Source: Felis catus (taxonomy: Eukaryota). Taken from it: a stretch of 64,000 bases of DNA. The position numbers and the translations under genes were made by a program. The stretch is from NCBI RefSeq assembly GCF_018350175.1, contig NC_058368.1:2604001-2668000 (forward strand), written 5' to 3'. Shown here in pieces: positions 12,780 to 25,202 of the stretch (position 1 is its first letter; each line of letters starts with the position of its first letter). A model generated the notes under the pieces. The model ran no database searches and was not told the DNA's origin. It saw nothing but the letters and a program-made list of their open reading frames with translations.

Positions 12780-13960
12780 TTGGGTTATAAACTTCGATTT
12801 CAATTATCCCTTCATCTGGGTTTCTGTTTGCTCCTGAATTTTTACCCACAGCACATTGATACTATTCCCGGACTGTGGGACTTTCCCAGACTTCACACCA
12901 AGCTCATAAAACTCCTTTTTATTATTTTTTTAAAAATAAATGTGAAGACAAAGAAACACACCTAGATAAATAGAGAAGTACACATTCTGTGACAGAGCGG
13001 CTCATCAGCACGTCGGTGAAAGCTTTCTCAATGAATATGTTATGTATTAAAGCCTCGTTCTTAAAGGGAAGAAAATGGATCCAAAGAAGACGGTGACACT
13101 TGGAGAGTTCACAACCCCCTCTGATAACACAGAGGAATTTAAAAAGCAATTTTAAACATAGGAGGAAAGGAAACTATGCAAAGGATATTTGAAGCAGAGT
13201 CAAGCGCGCAATGCCTCGTGCCAAGAACAATTATTCACCGTCCCCCAGGGCACGTCCCCTAGAGCATGCCAACCGAGGGCCGGAAATGCCAGGGAGGACC
13301 TTTTGCACAATTGGCCATCAGCTTGGTTCTGAAAATGCGTTCTCGGCATTTTCCACAGGACGCGCTTTGAAGCGAGTGGATGTACAGAGCTTTGAGAGGC
13401 GTGGTTATCACCACCGACCTCACTGCCTCTTGCTCTTATATTATGTCACTTCCTGTCCCAGTGCCTGAAGTTCAGGCCTCTCACGCAGCGTAGGAGAAAG
13501 ATGTCCGCTTTTTACTTCCGGAGAAGTAAACTTTAAAGAGGATGTCCCTGCCTTGAGTCCCCAGGCCTCTCACGTGAAGAAGAATCCCTCATACACAGAG
13601 CACAGGATGCCTGTGTTTTCCCTCCCCACCGTCCTTTCCTGGCTGGTCTCGGCTCCCGGTTTACCGGGAGTTCTTCAGACCTCCGTGTGTGGCGTCAGGG
13701 AGCGCGCACAGAGCTGTTAATGCAGAACAAAATGGCCGCCTCTTAGGGTTTGTGGAGCCTGATGAGGGAATTACTGCCAGTTTATACTCTGGGCCCTCAC
13801 ACATGTCTTTCGTTCCGACAGCTCCAGTGGTTTTTATTCCAACTGATCTGCAACCCATCCCGAAATTGTTTCAGTAAGGCTCGCTCGGTCGTTCTGTCGG
13901 CAACATTGCAAACTGCACGCCTGGGGGTGAGTGGAAGGTGAGTACCACCTTCTAGAACCT
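12780..13960. promoter_or_regulatory. Candidate enhancer or alternative promoter (repeat-free, CpG-enriched, motif-dense)
   Basis: GGGACTTTCC at 12877-12886, ETS-type ACTTCCTG and ACTTCCGG (about 13448, 13515), TCACGTGA (about 13570), TGGCGTCA (about 13690), YY1-like CAAAATGGCCGCC at 13728-13740, and donor AAG/GTGAGT at 13937/13938. Confidence 0.35.
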
Positions 13961-14165
13961 TTGTCAAACCAGTCTGGTACATATCTATGCTTTTCACAAG
14001 TTAATTGCTAACTTCCAAGGAAAAAATACCGTTTCTTGCTTTCTGGTCTCTTATCAAACATGCGAAGCACGGCTTGGTTAAGCAGTAACTCTTGCTATGT
14101 AAGTAAACAGAATCCCCTCCCCACCCCTTTTCCATACTGATCTAAATGAGTGGCACATGAGAACC

Positions 14166-14192
14166 GGGGGGCGGGGGGGGGGGGGGGCGGGG
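14166..14192 (+). repeat. Poly-G tract (G6-C-G15-C-G4)
   Basis: Read directly from the sequence. Confidence 0.9.
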
Positions 14193-15329
14193 AATAACCA
14201 GCAGCTGTTAATAACATGCCGCACTGGAGGTGATTCAGTTTCTTGAATACACCTTGAGAATGTTTACACCCGTAGAGGACAGAGTGTTTACAAGGGCCCA
14301 GTGCTTATTTATCTGAGGACGCTTTAATGGAAACACAGCTTTATGGGCCCCGGGGACACTCTCCTGCCAGCATTTCGACCTTCAGCAGCAGTGGCGATTA
14401 CTCGAGTAAAAGCCTTCAGGTTACAGTGCAGTTGGCCCTTACTTTGACTTTTCAGAAGTTTTATAAGTGGCTAGCACCTCAAGAGCCAGAAGTGGTTTTG
14501 GGGCTTGGTAGGGGGGTGAGGTTTGAACGCCATCCAGGCCTTGGATACAAAGAGACTTGAGAAGTGATGGCCGTTCTATGGCTTTGTCCACACAAGCAGG
14601 CGGAGGAATGGGGCCACCTATGTAGTGTGACTTGGAAGTTGCCAGAAAAGCAGCCCCCTGACCAAGAAGGAGGCCTCTCTCCTCACAGACCTACCTCAGA
14701 GTCTGAAATTTAGACCAGAAGATTTCTGCATTTTGGTCTGGGCATGGTCTCCAAAACATCTCCTTTAAAAGGCAAAAATTCTACTTAAAAGAGGAATGTG
14801 TTAAGGTATCGGCACCCAGACCACATACTGTGATTAAATAGATATCACCTGCAGGGGCTCGAGGGTGCGGGGACCTCAGGCAGTGCCTCCGTCACCCACC
14901 TGGCTTCTGACCAGGGACTCAGCCCTCCTTACCTTCCCAAGTTCACATTGCCAGAAGGTTCCCATAGCATCTGTAGAGAGAGCCATCACTTTTGTTTTCT
15001 GGAGCTTGGATTTCCCATGGTGGCTCTGAGATTGCGGTGGTGATGTTTACATTAAGGAGTGGAGTGAAATCTTTAGGGGCCCTAAATACTGAAAGCATTA
15101 TGATAATCTTCCACTTCCTGGCTGTGAAAAATTCAAATTCAAATTCATTCTAAATTGCAAAACATACCCAATGATGGCTTAAGTAAGTGCTGATTTTCCC
15201 CACGAGGACTAGTTTCTTCCACTTTTTGAAATAGAAAATGTGTAATTTCTTTCCTAATCGTTTTTCTTTTCCTTTCTTTTCCTGTTTTGCTAATACGCTA
15301 AGGGCGTGCTTAGTCTGCCTACTGGGCAA

Positions 15330-16280
15330 TCTGGCCCTTTCTTTACTCCCAGGACCCAACTACTGTCTGTGAGTCAACCAGCCCAAACTTGCATCTGCCC
15401 CCCAGACCCTGTTTCTAAGCGCCAGACTCACCTCTTTAGTTGCCCAACAAGTATTTCCATTCGTATGTCCCATGGTCAGCAGCATCTTACCAGGTCTGAA
15501 ACAGAACCCAGGATCTTTTCCTCCAAATTCGTCTTCTGGTTTCCTCCATCACAAAGAATGTGTCCAGTTGCTCAAGTCAGACATCTGGGTGTCATCCCTA
15601 ACACCTTCTTCTTTGTCACCCCTGTATCCACAAACTCCGTGATTTTACTTCCTAAACATCTGTCAGTTTCATGCACCGTTACTTTGACCCCTGCTGCCAT
15701 TTTCCTTCCCAAAGCACCATGTGCTCTTGCCTGGGGTATTGCAGGAGTCGTCTTAACTACTCCTGCCTCTGCTCTTCTCATGTTAAAGTTCTGTCCCGCA
15801 GAACTGAGCAATCGTTCCGATCTGATCATGTTCCACATCCCATGGCTTTGACAGCCTGAATGGTATCCCAAGGCTTAAACTCCCCTATGAGATTTACGAG
15901 GCTGCTGGCAATCCGGCTGTGCTTTCTGCCCCGGCCTGTCTCTGGCCGCTGTTCTACACCTCTGGGATAGCAAATGTCTATAACGTCCATGAATACAATA
16001 ATCTGCTACACTTTGCGCCTTTGCACACGCTGCGTTTGCCTGACCAATTCCTATACATCCTTGGGCTCCAACCCCTCTTCCTCCAGATCCTTTCCCGGGT
16101 ACCCCCAAGGGCCCCATACTGTACTCACCCCCCTGCAGAATGTTTTGGTCCGTCCCTTCCGTAACCTCTGAGCTCCAGGACGGCAGGCGTTGTGCGGCTC
16201 TTGTTGCATTGTTTGCCCAGTCCCTGGCACGACACCTGCCACATAGCAAATGCTCAGTAAATGCTTGTTGATCAGATGAC
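15330..16280 (+). mobile_element. LINE-2 (L2) 3' fragment, RT C-terminal region to 3' end
   Basis: ORF 15306-15851 aligns by eye to the L2 RT C-terminus. Typical L2 end cctggcacgacacctgccacatagcaaatgctcagtaaatgcttgttga. Confidence 0.8.
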
Positions 16281-16467
16281 TCTCTTTTAATTCATAAGGT
16301 TTGAAGGATCCTTTTGGGCCAAGAGGCTTGCTTGCGGCTTTGGTTAAGGACTTAAAGTAGACAGGTGCTGCATCTAGCTTCTGAGTATCGGGTAGGTGGG
16401 GGTGGAGTACAAGTTTGAGACATCAAATGTGACAACAGCTGTCGCTTAATCAGGTTCTCTATCTATG

Positions 16468-16600
16468 GTTGTTCCCAACATGTAGAAGAGAAACCTGAGG
16501 TGCCGATAGGATGAGCAACATAGCCAAGGTCACTTGGTGGGTGTGCATGGTAGTGCTGAATGTGGAGGTCGAGTGAGACTAAGGATGAGTTTCACGTTCC
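16468..16600 (-). mobile_element. MIR fragment
   Basis: gtagaagagaaacctgaggtgcc...tagccaaggtcac. Confidence 0.55.
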
Positions 16601-17716
16601 CGTGTTGCCTGGGCTGTGTGGGTGTCTGACTGAATGCACGGAGGGCATCTGACATTATCACAGTGGTTTTGTAAAATTGTCACTGACTTGTGGTCACTTT
16701 GCTCTAACGTTTCATTTGTGTCATCAGTAAGGTGTCCGTGGGATGTGTGTGCGTTCAGCGTGGAGAAAGCGAGGAAGTACGATGTCTAGAGCCACTGGGT
16801 TGATTCACTTGGCCTGTTTTTCCAAATGATGACCTCAAAAAGACCAGTGAGTTAGTTCATTCTGTCGCCAAATATTTATTAAGTAGAAAGCAAGATGCTG
16901 TTTTATAGTCTGGGTGAGAAAAAAAAGAAAGGTGTCAGATGGCCTTGATCTAGCAGGGAGAGAGGAGACCAGACGCCCTCCACCCACACAAAGCAGGGAA
17001 TGCTGGTACCACATACACGGGACTGGAAAGCGTGGGGTGTTCTGAGACGGAAGGCCATTTCTTGCTGTGGTGACGGGAGAAGGTGGTATAAGGCCGGGCT
17101 GCCGTCAGTGTTGTTCAGTATTAACATGTCAATGAGCCTTCCATCTCATACAGAGTATAGAAAGCTCTAGATACCGATTTGGATTTTCACGTACGTCTCA
17201 TGTACAGCAGACCATCAGCACAACCGACTAGAGGAATTGTGTCTGTTATCGGGTCTCGCAGTGTATCTGATTAGTTTAGTGCAATTATGATTAAAAACAA
17301 TTCAGATGCTATTTGCACCACTTCCAAAATGCTGTATTTCTTTATTGTAAGGCCAGGATTCTTAACCGGGAGGTCCCAGATGCGTCTGACCTCCGGACCC
17401 AGATATTAAAAGCAACAATTTGTATATAGGCGTAAATAATTATTTTTCTGCCTGTCATTTTCACGTGATTCTTTAGAGCACATGTAGCAATTTTATTGTT
17501 AAAAGACATATATTTCACAAAAAGCTAAAGCGGGTATTGTTTATTAATTTCTTACATAAAATCCACAATTTTTTACAGTAAATACTAACAACAAAATGAT
17601 TTACACGCTGTTAACTTTTTTAATGTTATGATTTGTAATAGACAATGGGTCTAAAATATGCCATGGTGGCTTGGAATATGAGAAAAATCTAAGCGTTTAA
17701 GAAAAAAAATTGGAAG

Positions 17717-17935
17717 GGGCACCTGGGTGCCCCTCAGTTGGGTAAGGGTCTGACTTTTGATTTTGGCTCAGGTCCTGATCTCACAGTTGGTGAGTTCAAA
17801 CTCCTCATCTGGCTCTGCACTGACAATGCAGAGCCTGCTTGGGGTTCTCTCGCTCTCCCCCTCTCTCTGCCTCTCCCCTGATTGTGCATATTCTCTCTCT
17901 CTAAGTAAATAAATCAATAAACTTTAAAAAAAAAC
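17717..17935 (+). mobile_element. Can-SINE (older type)
   Basis: Starts ggggcacctgggtg. Perfect 15-bp TSD aaaaaaaattggaag at 17702-17716 and 17936-17950. Confidence 0.95.
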
Positions 17936-18203
17936 AAAAAAAATTGGAAGTAAGCGATGTACTATCTAAATTGAATGATCGAGGCATATGCAAATCCTTA
18001 ACTCTATTAATCTATCCATGCAACAGAAGTATATAATCAACAAAGGGCCTACCAGACTCTAGCTCTTGGGTTCTGGTGCGTTAACAAATATTTTGAACAA
18101 GTGTTGAAATGAAATGCTGTATTTGTGCAGTTGGCTGGGGCACTCATCCTATTTAGGGGACCTGACAGCCAGTTTGAATGGGAAGCTGTCTAGGGTGGGA
18201 TGC

Positions 18204-18678
18204 TGTCTTAGTTTGGGTTCTTCCAGGAGTGGATGCTGAGATAAGGATTCCACCAAGTAGTTGACTTGGGAGGTGGTTCCAGGAGGCACAGGAAGGGGAG
18301 TCAGATAGGGAAGTGAAGACAGTGAATAAACAGCACGTTCTCGCGCAAGTACCGCCGTGGGCATCCGGGTCTTGTCCCCGCCGAGAACTCTGAGGGCCAG
18401 TGTGGATCACGTGTCTCCAGACCATGCCCCGGTGGAAGGGAGTGGGGTAGTTCTCCACTGACTCCTCTTGGTCATTGGTTGAGAGTTGCCTTTGGGGGAG
18501 GCCGCTAACTCCCCAGTGCTTCTAAACTGCCCGGTGGGAGAGAAGAGTGGGATCCAGCTTGGATGAAGCCCTGAGGGAAAGAGTTGAGGGAGTTGGCAGT
18601 TGGGAAGTTGGGCCAGCCTGTAGGAAAGTGGTAAATGCTGAGAATGCAGGGGCAGGGGCACCCACGGTTGCTGCGACA
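18204..18678 (-). mobile_element. Solo ERVL LTR, LTR16-like
   Basis: TGT...ACA termini. tgtcttagtttgggttc...ctgagataaggattc...aagtagttgacttgggaggtg matches the recalled antisense LTR16 3' end. The 5-bp flanks are gatgc and gacac. Confidence 0.75.
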
Positions 18679-19184
18679 GACACCTTTTACCGTGCTGGCC
18701 AGGCTACTGAAGAGTGCTTAATGTCAACAGCCCCTCGGATGCTCTCTACCACCCACCTGCTTTGCACACTGTCGGGAGTACAGGTTGTCCCCCACAGGTA
18801 CGTAGCGAGATGCCAGCACCCTCGATAGACTAGCGAGTGCTTGAGGTTGTAGGAAATGCAGTTGTAGGCAAGTGTTTCCTGTGGGGATGGTAACTGGAGG
18901 GACTGTGATATCAGTGTTGGTTCGATGTTAGAAATGATTAAGGCAAAGGAGTGGACTTTTTCCTCGGCGTTGAAGTGCTTCGGGCTAAAGTAGTTGGCTT
19001 ATCAAAGTGCTTAGGAACTGTGGTCACTTATCACATAGACCTTTCTGTCCCTCCGTCCCTCCCCTCCTTTTCTCCTGCCATCCTTCTTCTTTTACTCATT
19101 CTTTTCCCTTTCCTTCTCTTTAGAAGACCTTTTACTCAGAAAGCCTTCTCTTCTGTAAATGTACAATTTCCCTCCTCCTGCCCT

Positions 19185-19294
19185 TCCTGTTCTGAACCTT
19201 TGAGGACAGGGACCATATTGATGTTTGTATTATTGATACTTAGCAGAGTTTCCGGAATAGGGTAGGTCTTGAGAAAACGGTTGTTGAATGAATG
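19185..19294 (+). mobile_element. L2 3' end fragment
   Basis: tgaacctttgaggacagggaccatatt...ttgttgaatgaatg. Confidence 0.65.
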
Positions 19295-21029
19295 CACCTC
19301 TTCGATGTATTGAAACAGAGCAGTGCAGGGGACTGTCTGGGGCTCGTGGTGGCCAGAGCAACCCCCCCTTCTGAGGCGGCCTCTTCTTACACCTTCCTTG
19401 CCACCCGACTCATGGGCCCTCCGCTCTGCGTGCAGAGGGAGACTCAGATTTCCAGAGCCCAGAGGCAGCTGATGTCTTCTTGGGGTTCGGCCAGCTAAAA
19501 TAATCTCTCAAAATGCAAACTTCTCTTCTGAGCATTGGCAGAAAACACTGTGAAGTGAAAAACTCACGAGATAGCCTATAGTTGCCGTTTAAAGAAACGT
19601 TATGTCTTTGCAACAAACAACCGCAACAAAACAAAACCACCAAAAAAAGGACTTTTAACTGAATGTCATTTCCCCACTGCCGTCCCGCACTACCCCGGCA
19701 GCGTCTCCTTTGGGGCCTGCAACAGCCGCTAGGGTGACGGGTCCTTTTCTTTTCCCAGCGTCTATACACCCAGGTTTAGTATTATCTTTTGAGCCTCTGG
19801 CACAGGCAACGCGTGTACCTCGTAAAGAAAATTTAGGAGCAAAAGGTACGGGAACATGAAAACAATTTTAGCATTCAGTGATAAAAATTACGGACGTAGT
19901 GGTGGCAGATCTCTTTACGGATGGAACGCAGGTCACGTTTTACTCTATAACCGGCCGAGAATGCTTGTTTCGGTTTTTACTTAGTTAAGAGGCAGGGATG
20001 TCTCTTTGGACATCGTATGGACGCCATTTCCCGGTGCAGCTGCTCTAAATCGGGAGCAGGGTTTTAGAAGTTAAAGTGGCACGAGATACAGCTTGTTGAC
20101 AGCAATCTTTTCACAATGCTTCAGGAAATTCACTCGTGTTGAAGAAGTATTTTCTTTTCCTCATGCCACCGAACTGCGGAAATTTGGGCTGATCGTTCCA
20201 CTGCGGATTTGAAGCTGGCCCACAACAGGAATAGACGGCTCCCAAGAGGTGTTGCTTACTGCCTTTATTTCCGCCAATTATGTTGACCGTAGTCTGCGAA
20301 AATATCATGTCGCTGAACATTTTGGTTTATGCGGGGAGGTTCAGCCAACGGAAGGCATGAGTTGGAACGCAGCTGTACGTAAGGCAGACCTAGAAAGGAT
20401 GGAAAAGAGCCTGTGAGTATTTTGAAAGAGCTTTTAGAGGACGTGGAACATTTATTCAAGTGGTGGGGGTAGCCGGTGGGCTGAGTGCTCTGAGCGGCCC
20501 GAGTCACAGCTGTCCGGTGGGGCCCGTGATTGCGTGAATACTCACTGTCGGATGTGTCACCACTGCCCTTGTTGGGTTACCGTGTCCTGGCCGCAAAGTA
20601 GGAGTACAGAAAGAGCCAGCTTGGGTTAGTTTACATTTACCGACAAACGCAGCCTTCATGAGCGGTCAGAGAGGTGGTCAGTTGAGGCTGGATTCGAGGT
20701 ATTTACTCCTCAGACACCAGAGGACACCTGGGGTTACAGAACAGCAGCAACCACCGCAACCTCAGCCACAGCCATCGCAAGACCATTCATCTGGAAATGA
20801 AAATAGGGCCAGTGTCAATACCATCTTCCCTGTTCTTGCTAACACATAAATTAAATACATAAAGTATAAAATACAAATGCCGTGTGATCAGTTAGAAACT
20901 CCTTCTCTGAAACCCACCTGACTCCTTCTTTCCCCCGAGAGAAAGACCTCTAGATTGACCTTCAAGGTCCTCTGTAAGAAGTTGCTAATAGCTGAGCACA
21001 CCGTGTGTTTAGATGTCCGTTTCTAAATA

Positions 21030-22262
21030 TTATGCACCACTAAGGTAAACCAGCGCTCCTCAAAAAGATGGCTGATTTCAGAGCTGAAGGGGAGAAAGCC
21101 CAAGATGACTCTGGGGCATCTCGTTATGTCAGAAAGTAAGGAAGTGCTCACGGAACAGGAGGACGCCTCGAAAGGCCACAGGGACAGGCTTAAGAAGCTC
21201 TCACTGGCCACGGGGGACAATCTAAGCATCAAAAGGAACGATGGCAGCAATGGGTTGTAATTCATTGAATTGTATAAGAATCCCCAAGTCCATAGTGATG
21301 ATAAATAAATAAATGGGGAATAGAAGGAGACCTCTTTCTTAAAGTGGAATGCCATCTGATAAATGTGGAAAGAACAGGTTTAGAAAAATCACCATTTTGT
21401 AACCATCAGAGTGAAGACGGATTCGGAATCATCAATGGATGCTAAAACTATTGGGTGACAGTTTAGAGAGGGACAGGATATCGACACGGTCTCATAGTCT
21501 TTCCCACACACGACTTATTAACCACAGTGGTAAAAATGGTAACTTTATAGTGAAGATACCTGGGGACCTCCTATTAACCAACCAAGCAATCAAAGTTTAC
21601 AGCACCTATCACGGGAGCAACTAACACGCAGCTCCGGTCTGAGGTACTTAAAGCGCCTCTTACCTTGAATCTCTGCCCGAAATGCATAACTTGAATCTAA
21701 TTCGTACTGAAAGACAACTGGCCTGAAGTCTTCAAAAGTGCCAATGTTGTGGAAGACCAGGAAAGCAGGACGAAGTGCTCCGGACCGAAGGAGATTAAAG
21801 AGACATGACAATTCAATGCAACACAGGGTCCTGGACTGCATTCCGGATCAGGGGGAAAACCGATGTGAAGACATTTATTGTGGCCACTGGTGAAATCTGA
21901 ATACGGCCTGTAGATTAGATAGCCCTATCAAGTCAAAGTTAATTTCTCTGTATTTTTAATTCATTGTAATGGAAGGGACCATTCTTGTCTTCGGAAGATA
22001 TATGCTGAAGGACCTTGGGGTGAAAAGGCAGGAGATCGTCAGCGAACTCTCAAGAGTTTCAGGAAAAAAAAATCCAATATTATTTATTATATAGCATAGA
22101 CTCTATATAAAGTATATAAAATGGGCTATATATAGAAAGGGAATGATAAAGCAACTGTGGCAAAGCATTAAAATGGTGAATCTGAATAAAGGGTGTGGGA
22201 GTTCTTTGTCTCATTTTTGCAATCATTGCAAATGCAATGGTTTCAAAAGGAAAAGTTAAAAG
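21030..22262 (+). mobile_element. Ancient L1 3' UTR (L1MC4/L1MC5-like)
   Basis: agatggctgatttcagagctg...gtcagaaagtaaggaagtgctca...aatcatcaatggatgctaaaac, ending ttttgcaa...tttcaaaaggaaaagttaaaa. Confidence 0.8.
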
Positions 22263-23300
22263 GGAAACAAGTTACTAATATTGCCACAATTTTTGCTGGA
22301 CGCAAGTGAGAAAGTCGAATCCAGATCTCATTCTGTTTTTTCTATTCTCTGGTGTTCCATGTTTTCCTTCTGGAGCCCGCTAACGTGTGTTTAAATGACC
22401 CCGTCTGCAGGCACGCTCCCACGGCAGGGCTGGGGGACTCCCGCAGACAGGCAGCCACAGCCTCCCTGCCCTGCTGCCTCTGCAGACCAGCCACATGCTG
22501 TCACTTTGTCCTGCCGCGTCTTCTCTTCCCTTATGTTGGTTCTTTCTACAGCTGTTGCTTTGGTGGCCCCTCCCACCTACCTGGCCAGTAACTTGCCCTT
22601 CTTCTGACTCCCTGTGATACAGGCAGTGCCTGCTTCCCTCTTCCCTGCCCGCTTGCCTTCCACCATATTGTTTCTTACCACAGGGCTTGTCACCTTCCCA
22701 GTGGGTGGGTGGCCATGGTTAGGCTGCATGGTGTCGCTTCGATGGCCCATCTCTTTCTTACCTGCTGCTAGAGTGGACGGGCCTTTTGTTTTCCCCCGGG
22801 AAACCATGTCCTTTAGGTGGATCTGGAATGGCTCCTTCAGGAATTACCAAACTCACCATATGCTTTCCTCTTCCTCAAAACTACATCCTCAAAAATTGTC
22901 CTTTATGTTCGGGCCCTTGGCAGGACTTAAAACTTCACAGGCCATCAGCACCTGTCTGCCCTTTTAGGTATGGCCCAACTGTCGACCTTAGCAAAGTTCT
23001 ACCACCGAATCATCAGCTGGGTATGAGATCAACTAGCTAAAATAATACTGAAAGATTATCACGTGATTGGTAATGATCACTCTTTCACATTAAGGGAATT
23101 GGATCATCTTGGCATTAAGACCATTAGTGAAAATACTGGGAACTAAGCAAGACTTGAACAATGCCAGATTTTGGTTTATGCACCTAATGGGCTATGGTTT
23201 TCATGCTAGGATTTCCTTGTCCTTTTTTTTTTTTTTTTAAACGTGCTGGGAAGGGGAATTTGATGGAGCTTGTAGGCCCTTTAAGACTTGGTTAAATTAT

Positions 23301-23523
23301 GGGACGCCTGGGTGGCTCAGTTGGTTAAACCTCTGACTCTTGATTTAGGCTCAGGTCATGATCTCATGGTTCATGGGGTCGAGCCCTGAGCCCTGCATCT
23401 GGCTCTGCACTGTCAGCAAAGAGTCTGCTTGGGATTCTCTCTCCTCCTCTCTCTGCCCCTCCTTGACTCATGTGCGCGTGCGCATGCTCTTTCTCTCTCT
23501 CAGAATAAACAAACTTAAAAAAA
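23301..23523 (+). mobile_element. Can-SINE (older type)
   Basis: Starts gggacgcctgggtggctcagttggttaa, with a (CT)n tract, aataaa and A tail. Confidence 0.93.
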
Positions 23524-24251
23524 TACTTTGTCACACTGGAGTATTTTATCAGGAAGCAGGTTGTAGATATTGCTGTAAATTGCTTTTTTTTCCCCTAAGG
23601 CAAAAGTATTTAGGACTTGATGATTATGCAGTAACCACTACAATTTCTCTTCATGACATGGGATGTTTAGTAACATTACCAGAGTCTCTGTCTTCCACAT
23701 ACTTTCTTATTTACATCTACATCCGCAAACTGGTAGTTTGACCCACTGGCCAAAGATCATTTATCCAGACTTGCTGAGAATGAAGTGCACCTGTGTTTGT
23801 ATCATGGGAAAAGTCCAAGGAAAGCAGCTAATGGGTCAGAGTACTTCTTGGTTTCCTCAAACCTCCCACAGGGTTCCCCTCCTTTTATTTAGAGTACTAA
23901 TAAGTGAGTAGTTATTTTTCAGAGCATAAGAACTCTACTTCTTTCCTCCTTAATGAAAATATGGACCAGTCACTAAAAACTGTATTGGTATTTGGAAATA
24001 TTTAGCTTTTAAAAACAGTGTTACGGTTAAAAGAAATGGGACAAACAGACCTTTAAACAATCATGACCACTGGAAGCTACTCAGCTTTGATAATTTCTTC
24101 TTTCTCTGTATAGCCTTGACCTTGGCTGAGACAATGTGATTTATAACATAAGTGAATGTTAAGAGGGCAGAAACTATGTCATACATGTTCTGAGCTTGCC
24201 ACTTTCCATTTTAAGATATAAATCATAAAATATTTGTATTAAATAAATTAG

Positions 24252-24317
24252 AGTTTATGTAAAGTTTATGTAAACTTTACATAAACTTTATGTAAAGTTT
24301 ACATAAAGTTTATGTAA
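24252..24317. repeat. Six tandem 11-bp units A(G/C)TTTA(TG/CA)TAA containing a 43-bp near-perfect palindrome
   Basis: Units: agtttatgtaa, agtttatgtaa, actttacataa, actttatgtaa, agtttacataa, agtttatgtaa. 24265-24285 is the exact reverse complement of 24287-24307. Confidence 0.95.
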
Positions 24318-24464
24318 ATGATTTGTTGCTTTATGGAATTTTTTTTTAGAATATGTTATAGAATGTCTATTTTCTATAGTATGATTTTAAAATTATCCTT
24401 TAAAAGTTCATTTAAAAATGAAAGTAATACATACATACAAGGTTAAAAAAATAAAACAAAACAC

Positions 24465-24684
24465 GGGATGCCTGGGTGGCTCAGTTGGTTAAGCATCTGA
24501 CTTCAGCTCAGGTTATGATCTCACAGCTCATGGGTTTGAGCCCCACGTTGGGCTCTGTGCTGACAGCTCGGAGCCTGGAGCCTGCTTCGGATTCTGTGTC
24601 TCCCTCTCTCTCTGCCCCTCCCCACTCACACTCTGTCTGTCTCTCTCTCTCTCAAAAATAAATAAACATGAAAAAATTAAAAAT
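24465..24684 (+). mobile_element. Felid Can-SINE
   Basis: Full body. A-rich TSD aaaataaaacaaaaca / aaaataaaaccaaaca. Confidence 0.95.
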
Positions 24685-24964
24685 AAAATAAAACCAAACA
24701 TATTAGGGCCTATAATAAGAAGTACTGGTGCCTGGGCCCATCTTTTCTCTTCCTCGTCCCTCTTCTCAGGGGCAACTACTTTTATCTCTTTTAGTTGTTT
24801 CTTATGTTAGTCATTGTCAATCCCTAAATACAGTCATTATTTGTTTATGTCTTTATTCTGATGGGTCAGATGAGGATTTAGTTAATGTACACATTCTTCT
24901 CACCATTTCTCCCAGTATCTCTATAAATATAGTTACTCTGTAACTTTAAGAAGTATAAGTAGAC

Positions 24965-25160
24965 TGTGGCTTAGTCGGTTAAGCTTCTGACTCTTGGTTT
25001 TGGCTCAGGTCATGATCTCACAGTTTGTGAGTGCGAGTCCCTCATTGGGCTCTGTGCTGACAGTGCAGAGCCTGCTTGGCAACGTCTCTCTATCCTATCT
25101 CTGTTTCTCCCTTGCTCGTACTTTCTCTCTCTCAAAATAAATAAATAAATTAAAAAAAAA
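24965..25160 (+). mobile_element. Can-SINE (older type, slightly 5'-truncated)
   Basis: gtggcttagtcggttaag...aaataaataaataaattaaaaaaaaa. Degenerate TSD aagaagtataagtagac / aagaattgtaagcagac. Confidence 0.92.
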
Positions 25161-25202
25161 AAGAATTGTAAGCAGACCTTTGTTTCCTGTTGCACTCAGT
25201 TT

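Noticed and set aside
24252..24317. The 11-bp array as a CRISPR or iteron-like element
   Set aside because: There are no spacers and no associated genes, and the context is mammalian.
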